Below, in pieces: positions 1-9,363 of a DNA stretch of 64,000 nucleotides (positions are counted from its first letter, which is position 1; each line of letters begins with the position of its first letter). The notes beneath the pieces are model-generated. The model was not told the origin of the DNA. It did no database searches and saw only the letters and a list, made by a program, of their open reading frames with translations. Where the stretch lies: IMG/VR virus record IMGVR_UViG_3300027736_002225. The stretch is one strand, 5' to 3'. The position numbers and the translations under genes are program-made. This DNA is from a virus.

Positions 1-543
1 CATTACACTTCCCGTAGGATTGTGTGGACTGTTTATAATGATCAATCTAGTTTTATCGGTAATTGCATTTGCAACATCCTCGGGGTTCATTCTAAATTTG
101 TTTTCTTCTTTTAACGGCACTCTAACAGGAATTGCGCCGCACATTTTAATTGTGCTGTAATAAGTTGCAAATCCAGGATCGGGAACAATTACTTCATATC
201 CAGGATCAACTAAACAGTATATTGCATAAAACATTCCAATATTGGCGCCAGGAGTAATTAACACTTGATCTAGATCGGGCGCAAATCCTCTACTTCGTTT
301 AGTAGCATCTATAATAGTTTGTCGAAAGTCTGGCAATCCAAAACTACTGCAATAATGCGTGCCGCCATTCTTCAAAGAATTTATAGCAGCATTAATTACA
401 TTTTCTGGAGTATCAAAATCTGGATCTCCTATTTCCATATGGATCATAGATCTACCAAGTGATTCTAATTTTTTTGCCCTGTCCAAATATTTGAACATGG
501 GTTGCCCATCAATATTGGAAGCGACTTTACTTAAATTTTTCAT
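1..543 (-). CDS. PLP-dependent aminotransferase class I/II (aspartate aminotransferase-like), runs off the left edge
   Basis: Manual translation from ATG at 543: MKNLSKVASNIDGQPMF...IHMEIGDPDFDTP...LITPGAN...VPDPGFATY...IIINSPHNPTGSVM. The GxPDF and NxPxNPTG motifs are typical of this family. Confidence 0.85.
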   Translation of the reverse strand, partial: MKNLSKVASNIDGQPMFKYLDRAKKLESLGRSMIHMEIGDPDFDTPENVINAAINSLKNGGTHYCSSFGLPDFRQTIIDATKRSRGFAPDLDQVLITPGANIGMFYAIYCLVDPGYEVIVPDPGFATYYSTIKMCGAIPVRVPLKEENKFRMNPEDVANAITDKTRLIIINSPHNPTGSVM

Positions 544-1862
544 ACAAATAAACTCATAAAACCATCAACTACTTTACCTATATATGCAATTTGTTCGGGA
601 GTAATTACTGGACTTGTGCCATGGAAATAAGTATTGGTCATTGTCATTGTAGCAATCGGAAAATTATCTCTTGCATCTGCAGGATTCATTAGATGACTAT
701 ATGCTGGTTGTAGCATAATGTTACCTGCAAAATATGGGCGCGTCTGAATCAAATGTTCTTCAAGATAATCAACAATATCGCTACGTGTAAAAGGAACACC
801 TTTGCGAATTGTTAACGGGAATGCAAACCAACTAGGATTACTCTTTGCCTGTGCTCTTGGTAAGTGGAAATATTCTTCATATTTACTATAGATATCAAAC
901 AATAAGTTGTAATTGCGTTTGCGTAACTCGTGTATTGTTTCCAACTTATCTAATTGAACCAATCCCATCGCACCTTGCAATTCAATTGGTTTTAAATTGT
1001 AACCTATTTCATCATACACATACTTGTGATCAAAAATTTCTCCTGGCATCTCAGGAATCCATTCTTTAAATCGTGTGCCACAAGAACCGCATTTTAATTT
1101 ATTTGCTTCAGGACCAACACAATAACATCCGCGTCCCCATTCTCTAAATGATCTAGCAATAACTTCTGTTTCATATGTTTTACAAGCAACAAATCCGCCT
1201 TCGCCCATTGTCATGTGATGCGCCGGATAGAATGAGCAAGATGCCATCTCTCCATAAGATCCTAATGGATTTCCGTCATATGTAGATCCTAAAGCATCGC
1301 AACAATCTTCTAAAAGAATCATATCATAGCGTTTAACTAATTCCATTACCCAATCCATATTAGGAGGATTACCTAATACATGGGCAAATGTAATTACTCT
1401 AATATTATGTTTCTTAATTAGTTCTTCTGCTTTTGTTAGATCAAGATTTAATGTGTCTAACTCAATATCTAAAAACACAGGTTCAAACCCAAGTTGTAAT
1501 GTTGGATTTAATGTTGTCGGGAAACCTGCAATAGGCATTAATACCTTTGTTCCCTTAGGCAAATTATATCCACGCTTAGATGTAAGAGTAGACATCATTA
1601 ACAGATTAGAACTAGATCCAGAATTTGTTAAAATTCCATGTTTCTTTCCAAATTGTTTAGGAAACTCTTTTTCAAATTTTACGGATTGGTCGCCCATAAC
1701 AAGCCAACCATTTAATAACGTACTTACTGCTGCAAGTATTTCATGCTCGTCAAAATATGGACCTGCGTATTTAACGAAGTCTTTACCAGGAATCCAAATT
1801 TCCTCATTGCGTTTATTTCTAACAAACTCCGCAATGCCAATTAAAATATCATCTTTGTTCAT
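540..1862 (-). CDS. rfbH: RfbH/DdhC (E1)-like NDP-4-keto-6-deoxyhexose 3-dehydrase, DegT/DnrJ fold
   Basis: Motifs TNSGSSSN, EDCCDALG and SFYPAHHMTMGEGG (His in place of the Schiff-base Lys); also WGRGCYC...C...DHKY, a putative 2Fe-2S ligand region. Confidence 0.85.
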   Translation of the reverse strand: MNKDDILIGIAEFVRNKRNEEIWIPGKDFVKYAGPYFDEHEILAAVSTLLNGWLVMGDQSVKFEKEFPKQFGKKHGILTNSGSSSNLLMMSTLTSKRGYNLPKGTKVLMPIAGFPTTLNPTLQLGFEPVFLDIELDTLNLDLTKAEELIKKHNIRVITFAHVLGNPPNMDWVMELVKRYDMILLEDCCDALGSTYDGNPLGSYGEMASCSFYPAHHMTMGEGGFVACKTYETEVIARSFREWGRGCYCVGPEANKLKCGSCGTRFKEWIPEMPGEIFDHKYVYDEIGYNLKPIELQGAMGLVQLDKLETIHELRKRNYNLLFDIYSKYEEYFHLPRAQAKSNPSWFAFPLTIRKGVPFTRSDIVDYLEEHLIQTRPYFAGNIMLQPAYSHLMNPADARDNFPIATMTMTNTYFHGTSPVITPEQIAYIGKVVDGFMSLFV

Positions 1863-1865
1863 AAT

Positions 1866-2768
1866 TTACCAATATGCGTAATTAGTTTCTAAGTTGGGAT
1901 GTACCACTCTTTGTGCTTTATCCTCATCCAATGGGTATATCCAATATTCATTAAACATAGGAAGCCATTCTTTATACGAAGGAGATTGTAACCAACGGGA
2001 ACCAACAATACCAAAAAATAGTTGGATCGTCCCGCCTGTCTGTATTCCTACTTTTCCTTGTTGCTTAGCATGCTGAGCATAAAAAGGAGATTGTGTTGTC
2101 ACTCCCGTTAACAAAACATCATAATCATAACTATCAATTAATTTCTTTGTATGCTCAACTATACTATCGAATGTATTGCATCCTGGAATCTGTCTATCAT
2201 CTGCAAGCGGATGGTATGGCGTTTTAATACAATCCACCAATTCAAAAGGTACAATTTTTTCTTTGTCTTTGCCCCAAATCCTATCAAGGTGATCCCATTG
2301 ATATTTTATAGATTCGGCGTGTGTAGATATTACAAGAACTTTTTTGCCTTTTAAATGTTGTGTCCAAGGTACTGGCAGTTTATTATACTCAGAATAATAT
2401 CCCAACAATCCTCCAGGATCTAATGCCGCAGTATCCTTATGAAAGAATGTTGGTTTATCCTCAAATTGCTTTATAAAATTTGATCTTTTAATATCTCCAG
2501 ATACATCAACAAATCCTAAAATATCACACTCTTTCATTACGTCTAAAGTCTCGGGCCACAACTTTTTAAACACGTAATCCATATTATCGGGTACGCCGCC
2601 TTCAACTAATGTGTATTCATTGTAGTGTTGTCTATCGGGAATAATTCCTCGAGAGATACAATCAAGAACATACCCTGCAGTATTGTCTATTCTTAATAGT
2701 GAAAACGGGACATTACTATCCAATTTTTCTATTAACAGGTCATTTAGTTTGTAATAGTCAATTTGCAT
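1866..2768 (-). CDS. Putative glycosyltransferase (GT-D-fold-like) or sugar-modifying protein
   Basis: Lies in the sugar operon. Motifs FSLLRID, GKKVLVIS, GKVGIQTGGTIQLFFGI and NEYWIYP resemble a recurring glycan-locus family. Confidence 0.45.
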   Translation of the reverse strand: MQIDYYKLNDLLIEKLDSNVPFSLLRIDNTAGYVLDCISRGIIPDRQHYNEYTLVEGGVPDNMDYVFKKLWPETLDVMKECDILGFVDVSGDIKRSNFIKQFEDKPTFFHKDTAALDPGGLLGYYSEYNKLPVPWTQHLKGKKVLVISTHAESIKYQWDHLDRIWGKDKEKIVPFELVDCIKTPYHPLADDRQIPGCNTFDSIVEHTKKLIDSYDYDVLLTGVTTQSPFYAQHAKQQGKVGIQTGGTIQLFFGIVGSRWLQSPSYKEWLPMFNEYWIYPLDEDKAQRVVHPNLETNYAYW

Positions 2769-3471
2769 AGTATAGTGCTAATTTTTCTTTATCTGTTTTA
2801 ATATATCGAAACGCATCTTGTACATCAGGTGTAAGCGATTGATATAGTTGCATCATCTCTGTTTCCGCCTGATGCATATTATAATTAGTTCCCTGCGGGT
2901 GGGCAATAGTAAATGCGTAATCTCGAATAACTGGTCGTTTTTTAATATAACTAAGTGCGGTAAAAATTAAATCAAAACTCCAACCCATTTTATACGGAGC
3001 AAAATTTATATTTCTATTTTTTGCGTCATCAAGTATATCTTTATGAATAAACCAACAAGTGCAATCTGTATTTGCAACCATTTTTAAATTAGGCTCGTCC
3101 AGGTCAAAACTTGTTAAATCTGTTCTAAAAGGATTGTAGAATGTGTAATCTACATTGGGAGCATAGATTCCCCAATTATAGGTGTCAAAGCAATCTCTTG
3201 CACCTTGATAAATTTCTGCCCAATTATCATATGATGCGTCTGCTTGAATGTGAAACATTACATCGCCGGTAAACAATTCTAATGCTTTTAAGAATTGTGC
3301 AGTGAAATAACTTTCTTCTCCAATGTTGTGCCAATTGGGATCGTCCTCACGGTGATTGTCGTCACTATTAATGACAACAGGCACAACCCCAATGGCACTC
3401 AGTTGCTTTTGCTTTTCTTTTGTTTTTTCATATTGACCGCGCCAATTGAAAATAAATGTCTGTATATTCAT
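2758..3471 (-). CDS. Putative GT-A glycosyltransferase
   Basis: Operon context; MFHIQAD (DxD-like), APNV, and GWSFD motifs. Confidence 0.45.
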   Translation of the reverse strand: MNIQTFIFNWRGQYEKTKEKQKQLSAIGVVPVVINSDDNHREDDPNWHNIGEESYFTAQFLKALELFTGDVMFHIQADASYDNWAEIYQGARDCFDTYNWGIYAPNVDYTFYNPFRTDLTSFDLDEPNLKMVANTDCTCWFIHKDILDDAKNRNINFAPYKMGWSFDLIFTALSYIKKRPVIRDYAFTIAHPQGTNYNMHQAETEMMQLYQSLTPDVQDAFRYIKTDKEKLALYYAN

Positions 3472-4337
3472 CGTTGTAAAATTTTATTATACACTACGGC
3501 ATCAAACCAATTCAAGAAATTATCAAGCATGATGTATGATGGAGGGATGCCATTTTTAAATTTTGGCGCATTAAGCATTATGTTATATAATTCATCATTG
3601 CCGTCCAAATACATAATAAATTTAATTGCTTCTTCAACACTACCAAAATCATTTACATCAATAAATGCATTTGGATTAAAATCCGAACTAATTGTTTCAC
3701 TGCCCCAATAAATTGGAATTGTTCCTGCATAAAATGCGTGGAGTATTTTTTCAGTAACATAACCAGGATGCGAATATGGCTCAAAGCAAATATTAAATTT
3801 CCTTGTTGATAAGAATTCAATTTTTGCAGCCTCGCCTTCCAAATTAACATCTATATTTTTATATAGTTTGCCCGCACTATCAACGTGTTTTTCTTTGTGC
3901 AACATTTTAAAGAAATTATTACGTTCCTGACAATTCGGGTTACTTACAACAAAAGAACAGAATCCGGTTTTCTCTTTAATTTCTGGATTAAAGATATAGT
4001 TAAAATCGTATTTAGTATTGTGTATGTGTTCCAATGCCCACATATAGACAACATACAATGGCAATCTATAATGCCAAGATTCAAAGTTATGATCAAAACT
4101 TATTGCGTAGTTGCAATCATAATCTTCTGGTCTTTGATTTTCGCCTGTATAGAAAATCTTAACGCAATCTTTAGAATATTTTAAATTGTTTTCTCCAAAA
4201 TTTCTATCACCAAATAACAAAAAATCAGGATTCTCATTATTAACTTCTACATCATATCGTGTAGATAACAAGTCCATAAAGAATGTTGCTAGATGCGGAT
4301 GGGTATCAGTAAACCCTATACTTAATTTTTTATTCAT
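3468..4337 (-). CDS. GT10 alpha-1,3-fucosyltransferase-like glycosyltransferase
   Basis: YTGEN, SFVVSN and KFNICFE...GYVTEKILHAFYAGTIPIYWG form the GT10 signature. Confidence 0.9.
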   Translation of the reverse strand: MNKKLSIGFTDTHPHLATFFMDLLSTRYDVEVNNENPDFLLFGDRNFGENNLKYSKDCVKIFYTGENQRPEDYDCNYAISFDHNFESWHYRLPLYVVYMWALEHIHNTKYDFNYIFNPEIKEKTGFCSFVVSNPNCQERNNFFKMLHKEKHVDSAGKLYKNIDVNLEGEAAKIEFLSTRKFNICFEPYSHPGYVTEKILHAFYAGTIPIYWGSETISSDFNPNAFIDVNDFGSVEEAIKFIMYLDGNDELYNIMLNAPKFKNGIPPSYIMLDNFLNWFDAVVYNKILQR

Positions 4338-4346
4338 ATAACTTTC

Positions 4347-5357
4347 TTATTCATCAAAATTCATACACATATCTTCAACCAAATCATCAAATGATTGCGT
4401 AGGTTTCCATCCTAATTGTATTCTTGCCTTCGATGCATCACCTAATAATGTTTCAACTTCTGCTGGTCGGAAATATTTTTTATCTACTCGGATTATTACT
4501 TTTTTATCTACTTTATTAATGCCAACTTCATTAACCCCGTCACCTTCCCAACGAATTTTTAAACCAAAATATGGGGCACAATGTTCAACAAATTCTCTTA
4601 CTGAGAATTGTTCTCCAGTTGCAATAACATAATCTTCAGGTGTATCTTGTTGCAACATCATCCACATTGCGTTGACATAATCTTTAGCATGTCCCCAATC
4701 TCGCATAGCATTTAGATTGCCAAGATACAAACACTCTTGTTTACCTTCACTAATTGCCTTTAAAGCATTTACAATTTTCTTAGTTACAAAATTATGTCCT
4801 CGGCGAGGAGATTCGTGATTAAATAGTATGCCCGAGCAAGCAAACATATTATACGACTCTCTGTAATTTTTTACAATCCAATAAGCATACATTTTTGCAA
4901 CACCGTATGGGGATCTAGGATAGAACGGAGTTGTTTCTTTTTGCGGGATTTCTTGAACCAATCCAAATAGTTCAGAAGTAGATGCTTGATAAATTTTTGT
5001 CTTTTTATCTAGATTAAGCAATCTTACAGATTCCAATATTTTTAACGTACCCATTGCATCAACCATACCTGTGTATTCAGGAGTTTCAAAAGAAACTTTA
5101 ACATGACTTTGGGCAGCTAAATTATAGATTTCATCTGGAGAATGTTTTTTTAGAACATTCATTAATGACAATGAATCAGTTACATCTCCATAATGTAATT
5201 CTAAATTTGGATGATTGAATATATGGTCAATTCTAGAAGTATTAATCGAAGAACTACGCCTAATAATACCATGAACTTCGTATCCTTTTTCCAATAGAAG
5301 TTCTGCTAGATAGGAACCATCTTGTCCTGTGATTCCTGTAATCAATGCTTTTTTCAT
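4347..5357 (-). CDS. gmd: GDP-mannose 4,6-dehydratase
   Basis: Motifs [48 protein letters not shown]. Confidence 0.97.
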   Translation of the reverse strand: MKKALITGITGQDGSYLAELLLEKGYEVHGIIRRSSSINTSRIDHIFNHPNLELHYGDVTDSLSLMNVLKKHSPDEIYNLAAQSHVKVSFETPEYTGMVDAMGTLKILESVRLLNLDKKTKIYQASTSELFGLVQEIPQKETTPFYPRSPYGVAKMYAYWIVKNYRESYNMFACSGILFNHESPRRGHNFVTKKIVNALKAISEGKQECLYLGNLNAMRDWGHAKDYVNAMWMMLQQDTPEDYVIATGEQFSVREFVEHCAPYFGLKIRWEGDGVNEVGINKVDKKVIIRVDKKYFRPAEVETLLGDASKARIQLGWKPTQSFDDLVEDMCMNFDE

Positions 5358-5391
5358 TTCAAACCTTATAATGAATTAATAACGACTTAAA

Positions 5392-5399
5392 TATTTATA
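5392..5399 (-). promoter_or_regulatory. T4-type late promoter TATAAATA upstream of gmd
   Basis: Exact TATAAATA on the minus strand about 35 nt before the gmd start; gp55 is encoded in this window. Confidence 0.75.
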
Positions 5400-5413
5400 A
5401 GTCTAAAATAGGT

Positions 5414-5436
5414 AAAAGGGCGCATAAGCGCCCTTT
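5414..5436 (-). terminator. Intrinsic terminator after the cobS-like gene
   Basis: Hairpin AAAGGGCGC-TTAT-GCGCCCTTT followed by T. Confidence 0.75.
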
Positions 5437-5453
5437 GGTTAAATTAAAAATTC

Positions 5454-6635
5454 TTAGAATGGAATTTCATCTTCGGGAGGAGTAATAGGAACAATTTTTT
5501 GCTCATCTACTTTTTCTTCTTCTTTAGGTGCTTCCATTTTCTTATAGAGATCCATAAAAGAATTCTTCGTGTCTCCATCAAAGCGATTGATACAAAGCTC
5601 AATTGCCTTTTGACGATCTTTAAACATTGAGAATGCTTTTACAATGTGAACAAGACGTCGGGTAGAAATCAGTTCATCAATCGCATCTTCAAGATATGTC
5701 TTACGAATAACTTCAGCCCAAGTAACCAACTTGTCTGCAAAATCGGCATCTTCACATCCCAACTCTTTCATGTTGTTGATAATAATCTTATGCTCGATTT
5801 TAGCATTAGGATATTCTTGTTCAACAGTAATAGGGAAACGCTCAAGGAATGCCTCATCAAGAATTTGTGCTGCAATATACTTGCCGCTATCAGAGCCTTG
5901 ACCTTTAGTATTTGCTGTAGCAACAACTGTAAAACCAGGTGCAGGATAAATTACGTCGCCATTCTTTTTATTGAAATATGGCTTGCCTTCAAGAATACCT
6001 TGAATACACATTAGTTTATTACTACCACGATCAATTTCGTCAATTAACAAAACTGCTCCACGTCGCATTGCGAGAATAACTGGACCTTCACGGAAAGTTA
6101 CGTTACCGTCAATCAATGTAGATCCACCAACAAGATCATCCTCATCTGTTTCAATAGAAACATTAACCCGGACACACTCTCGTTTTAGTTTAGAACAAAC
6201 TTGTTCAACCATAGTTGTTTTACCATTACCAGTTAGACCAGTAATGAAAACAGGATAAAACACTTTAGATTTAAGGATGGATTCTAGATCTCGGAAAAAT
6301 CCGAAAGGAACATAATTGTCATCTTTAATAGGTACTAGATTTTCCACTTCTGTAACCAATCGCTTTTGCCGAAGGGGAACAACTTGTGCATGCAATGCGG
6401 GCATTTCTTCTTTCATAATATTCGTATTTGTAGTAGTTTTAGGGATATCGTTATCTGATACATCTAGATTTAATACACCGCGACTTGCTCGGTATTTAGC
6501 ACCATTAATCAACCAAAAAGGAGTTTTAATTCCTTTTTGTTCAAGATAAGCAATGACAGCTTTTCGCGATGCCGTCTTACCAAAATTAGTTACTAGATCT
6601 GTAATAAGTTGTTTTTTATCAATATCGGTTTTCAT
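5454..6635 (-). CDS. cobS: CobS/MoxR-like AAA+ ATPase
   Basis: Walker A GLTGNGKT, Walker B LLIDEID, TANTKGQG and LDEAFLERF; typical of marine and freshwater T4-like phages. Confidence 0.85.
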   Translation of the reverse strand: MKTDIDKKQLITDLVTNFGKTASRKAVIAYLEQKGIKTPFWLINGAKYRASRGVLNLDVSDNDIPKTTTNTNIMKEEMPALHAQVVPLRQKRLVTEVENLVPIKDDNYVPFGFFRDLESILKSKVFYPVFITGLTGNGKTTMVEQVCSKLKRECVRVNVSIETDEDDLVGGSTLIDGNVTFREGPVILAMRRGAVLLIDEIDRGSNKLMCIQGILEGKPYFNKKNGDVIYPAPGFTVVATANTKGQGSDSGKYIAAQILDEAFLERFPITVEQEYPNAKIEHKIIINNMKELGCEDADFADKLVTWAEVIRKTYLEDAIDELISTRRLVHIVKAFSMFKDRQKAIELCINRFDGDTKNSFMDLYKKMEAPKEEEKVDEQKIVPITPPEDEIPF

Positions 6636-6646
6636 AATATAGTCCT

Positions 6647-6694
6647 GGGGATGGGGATGGGGATGGGGATGGGGATAGGGATAGGGATAGGGAT
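6647..6694. repeat. Hexamer microsatellite (GGGGAT)5(AGGGAT)3
   Basis: Read directly from the sequence in the intergenic region upstream of cobS. Confidence 0.95.
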
Positions 6695-6705
6695 TTCACA
6701 AAATA

Positions 6706-6734
6706 ATTATAACATCTTTTGAAGATCGTGTCAA
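6706..6734 (-). promoter_or_regulatory. Consensus sigma70-type (early) promoter for cobS
   Basis: TTGACA-17 nt-TATAAT with an extended -10 TG. Confidence 0.85.
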
Positions 6735-8899
6735 GCGATTTCTTCAATAAATTTGTTCAAAAGTATCCGATTCATCAATTTAGATTTACGATTCTTAATA
6801 AAAGCCTTCATAAGATCTTTTTTCGATGTATCGCTGGTCACTACCATTTCTCCATCTTCAATAACTAGATCATCCGAAACAACCAAAAAATACTTATCAT
6901 ATGCATATGTTGATAAAGAATAAAATTTGTCTTTTCGAATTTTGCCAATAATATTTGTAGAATCTTCTTTATTTTGCAGCCCACTTGTATCCAAAATTCT
7001 TTGCACAACTCCTCTTGAAGATCTGCTCATAATATAATATCCTACAAGATTTGTGTCTGTACGTTTTTTGAGCAAATCTAGAAGAGCTGCGGTAACAGGT
7101 TGACCAGGTGCAGCGTATCCTGATATTTTTGTTTTTGGATCAGTTACTACAATATTTGAAGATATTCGATAACCTAATCCATAATATGAATTTGCATCTC
7201 TTTGTGTACCTTCGGGAGTAACTATTTGATTCAAATAATTACCTTCTCCGTCTGTAAGGAAAATAGTATTAACAATATCCAATTTATACATTTCTTTAAA
7301 CACGGGTATAAAATGATTTGCAAATATAACCGCTTCATTTAAAGGAGTCGAATTTAGCTCCCATCCAGCTGGGATATCAGCATATCTTATATACCGAGAA
7401 TTAGTATAAATTGCACCAAATTGTAATAATTTTTTCTGCGCAAAATTATATTGAGCAGTTGTCATACTATTGGATAACAATTCAAAACTTTTATAAGCGT
7501 AACCATTTATTGCCAAATCTAATGGATTCTTTGAAAAAGTTGCATGATGTTTACCTGCAAGATATCCAGGAAGACCATACTTATTCTTAATAAATGATTC
7601 AACGACTCCGCCTGATGAATCTGTAAAAGAAAATACTCGGAAAGGAATATTTACTTTTTTGCAAAAATCTGCAAGCACTAGCGTCTGTTCAATTGTTTGA
7701 GTAATATTGTCGGTCATTGAACCTGACCAATCTATAAACATTATCATTCCATGATTCTTACCACCTGGAATTTTAGTAACACGTTTAAAAAGATCTTCAT
7801 TATATTTGTAACTAAAAATTTTATCTAGATTTAATTCTCCAGTTTTAGAAACTTTTGCTCGAGCAAATTGAGCTGCGTTTCGTTTTAGTTCAAACTCTTT
7901 AACAAGATATTGAATAAACTTGCCATTAGTTTGTTTGTAGTTTGCAAGGAGAGTATTTGCATCTTTGTGCCGGTCATTATTATCGAGCGATTCCCAATTA
8001 GTATTCTTATATAGGTAATCGTGAGGAATAATTACATCCTCAATTTTTACATTTGGTAAATTGAAATACTTATATGGGCGAACATCATTCGATAACAAAT
8101 CTGCTTCACGACTGCGAAATTCTTGATCTGTAATAGAACTTGGATCGTTCTTACCGGCATTTTTATTTTTTGCTCGAGATTCGCCTGTCTCACCGTCTTC
8201 GCCGTCTTGGTCATCATCGCCAAAATCATCAGAATCAGAATCAAATTCAATATCAAAGTCATCAGAGAATTCTCCATCGAGATCTTCGATGTCGCCGGTG
8301 ATTCTAAGTTTTTTACGTTGTTCTAATTTTACCTCATCCTCATTTATTGCCTTTTGATTGTTATACAATTCTTTTGCAATAGTTAGAACCTCGTCCCAAG
8401 ATTTTAGAGAGTCAATTCGTTTGATGTAAACCTGTTCCTCATCTGAAAAAGGTACAGCCATAAAAGGACCTACCTTAAAATGCAGATTGATACGATCAAT
8501 GAATGGCAGAGTATTTACATCAATATCGTTGATACCGAAGAAATCTTTTTCAACTAAATCTTTATATGCTTTATAAAAAGATGAACGTAGACCAGGGTAT
8601 CGAATTTTAATACATTTCTCGATGCGGGCATCTTCGATTACGTTAAGATAAGATTTGAATCCTGGAGTATGGCCACGCACCGCGTCGTGCCAACCATCGG
8701 GAGGAGTTTCCCAAGCATGCCCTACTTCATGCCCAACAAGAAGGTCATATATATCACCGCTCATTTCTTTCCAAATAGGAAGAACAAGAATTCGGTTCTT
8801 AGGATCAAAGTATGCGGTAGAAGTTTTCTTATGTTGCACAGAGATGTTTTCTTGTGCAAGCAGCTTTGCAAGAATAGATTTTGAGTTTGCTAGTGACAT
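6731..8899 (-). CDS. CobT-like protein with N-terminal HExxH metallopeptidase-like domain and C-terminal VWA domain
   Basis: HEVGH, NVIEDARIE, an acidic linker, MIDAS motif DWSGS and FLTDGE; adjacent to the AAA ATPase. Confidence 0.8.
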   Translation of the reverse strand: MSLANSKSILAKLLAQENISVQHKKTSTAYFDPKNRILVLPIWKEMSGDIYDLLVGHEVGHAWETPPDGWHDAVRGHTPGFKSYLNVIEDARIEKCIKIRYPGLRSSFYKAYKDLVEKDFFGINDIDVNTLPFIDRINLHFKVGPFMAVPFSDEEQVYIKRIDSLKSWDEVLTIAKELYNNQKAINEDEVKLEQRKKLRITGDIEDLDGEFSDDFDIEFDSDSDDFGDDDQDGEDGETGESRAKNKNAGKNDPSSITDQEFRSREADLLSNDVRPYKYFNLPNVKIEDVIIPHDYLYKNTNWESLDNNDRHKDANTLLANYKQTNGKFIQYLVKEFELKRNAAQFARAKVSKTGELNLDKIFSYKYNEDLFKRVTKIPGGKNHGMIMFIDWSGSMTDNITQTIEQTLVLADFCKKVNIPFRVFSFTDSSGGVVESFIKNKYGLPGYLAGKHHATFSKNPLDLAINGYAYKSFELLSNSMTTAQYNFAQKKLLQFGAIYTNSRYIRYADIPAGWELNSTPLNEAVIFANHFIPVFKEMYKLDIVNTIFLTDGEGNYLNQIVTPEGTQRDANSYYGLGYRISSNIVVTDPKTKISGYAAPGQPVTAALLDLLKKRTDTNLVGYYIMSRSSRGVVQRILDTSGLQNKEDSTNIIGKIRKDKFYSLSTYAYDKYFLVVSDDLVIEDGEMVVTSDTSKKDLMKAFIKNRKSKLMNRILLNKFIEEIA

Positions 8900-8922
8900 G
8901 GTTTTTTCCTTACTGATGCTAT

Positions 8923-8951
8923 ATTATAACACCTTTTAGTAAAGAAGTCAA
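8923..8951 (-). promoter_or_regulatory. Sigma70-type promoter for the VWA gene
   Basis: TTGACT-17 nt-TATAAT; shares AAAAG(A/G)TGTTATAAT with the cobS promoter. Confidence 0.8.
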
Positions 8952-8958
8952 GCACTTT

Positions 8959-9363
8959 TTACGCCGCGGGCGGACGTGTGATAGCCAAAATTTTAGATAT
9001 TTGAGCTTCTATAATGGGTTTTCTGTTCGGCCATTTGATAAAATCTTTATCGGGATTCTTCAAAAGATTTGCCAAAAGGGGCATGATTAAGGCTTCAACT
9101 TTGCTTAATTTTTCAGCAACATCTTTTTCAATTAATTGTCGATATGCATCGGTATCAAAATTTGCACCAGAACCAGCTTTTACAAGTTCTTCCAAATTAT
9201 CAACCTTATTTAAAAGTGCAGCAATTTTATTTTCAATACCCGAGGTATCTACAACAGGAGCAGCTACTTGTACAGGTTTTTCAACTATGGATTCTTCCGA
9301 ATCTACAGCAGTAAACCCAAAATCAAATATTTCAGTATATTCAGTTGGAATCTTTGTGCTCAT
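8959..9363 (-). CDS. Conserved T4-like phage hypothetical protein
   Basis: FDFGFTAVD ... LLANLLKNPDKDFIKWPNR; overlaps def in operon fashion. Confidence 0.6.
   Translation of the reverse strand: MSTKIPTEYTEIFDFGFTAVDSEESIVEKPVQVAAPVVDTSGIENKIAALLNKVDNLEELVKAGSGANFDTDAYRQLIEKDVAEKLSKVEALIMPLLANLLKNPDKDFIKWPNRKPIIEAQISKILAITRPPAA

Noticed and set aside
5454-6635. Cobalamin biosynthesis function for cobS
   Set aside because: There is no cobN or other cob gene; the name reflects only the AAA family.
6647-6694. Hexamer repeat as an N-terminal His-Pro/Tyr-Pro extension of CobS, or as a CRISPR or telomere repeat
   Set aside because: There is an in-frame TGA at 6696-6698 and no upstream start in that frame. 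The repeat has no spacers and is internal.
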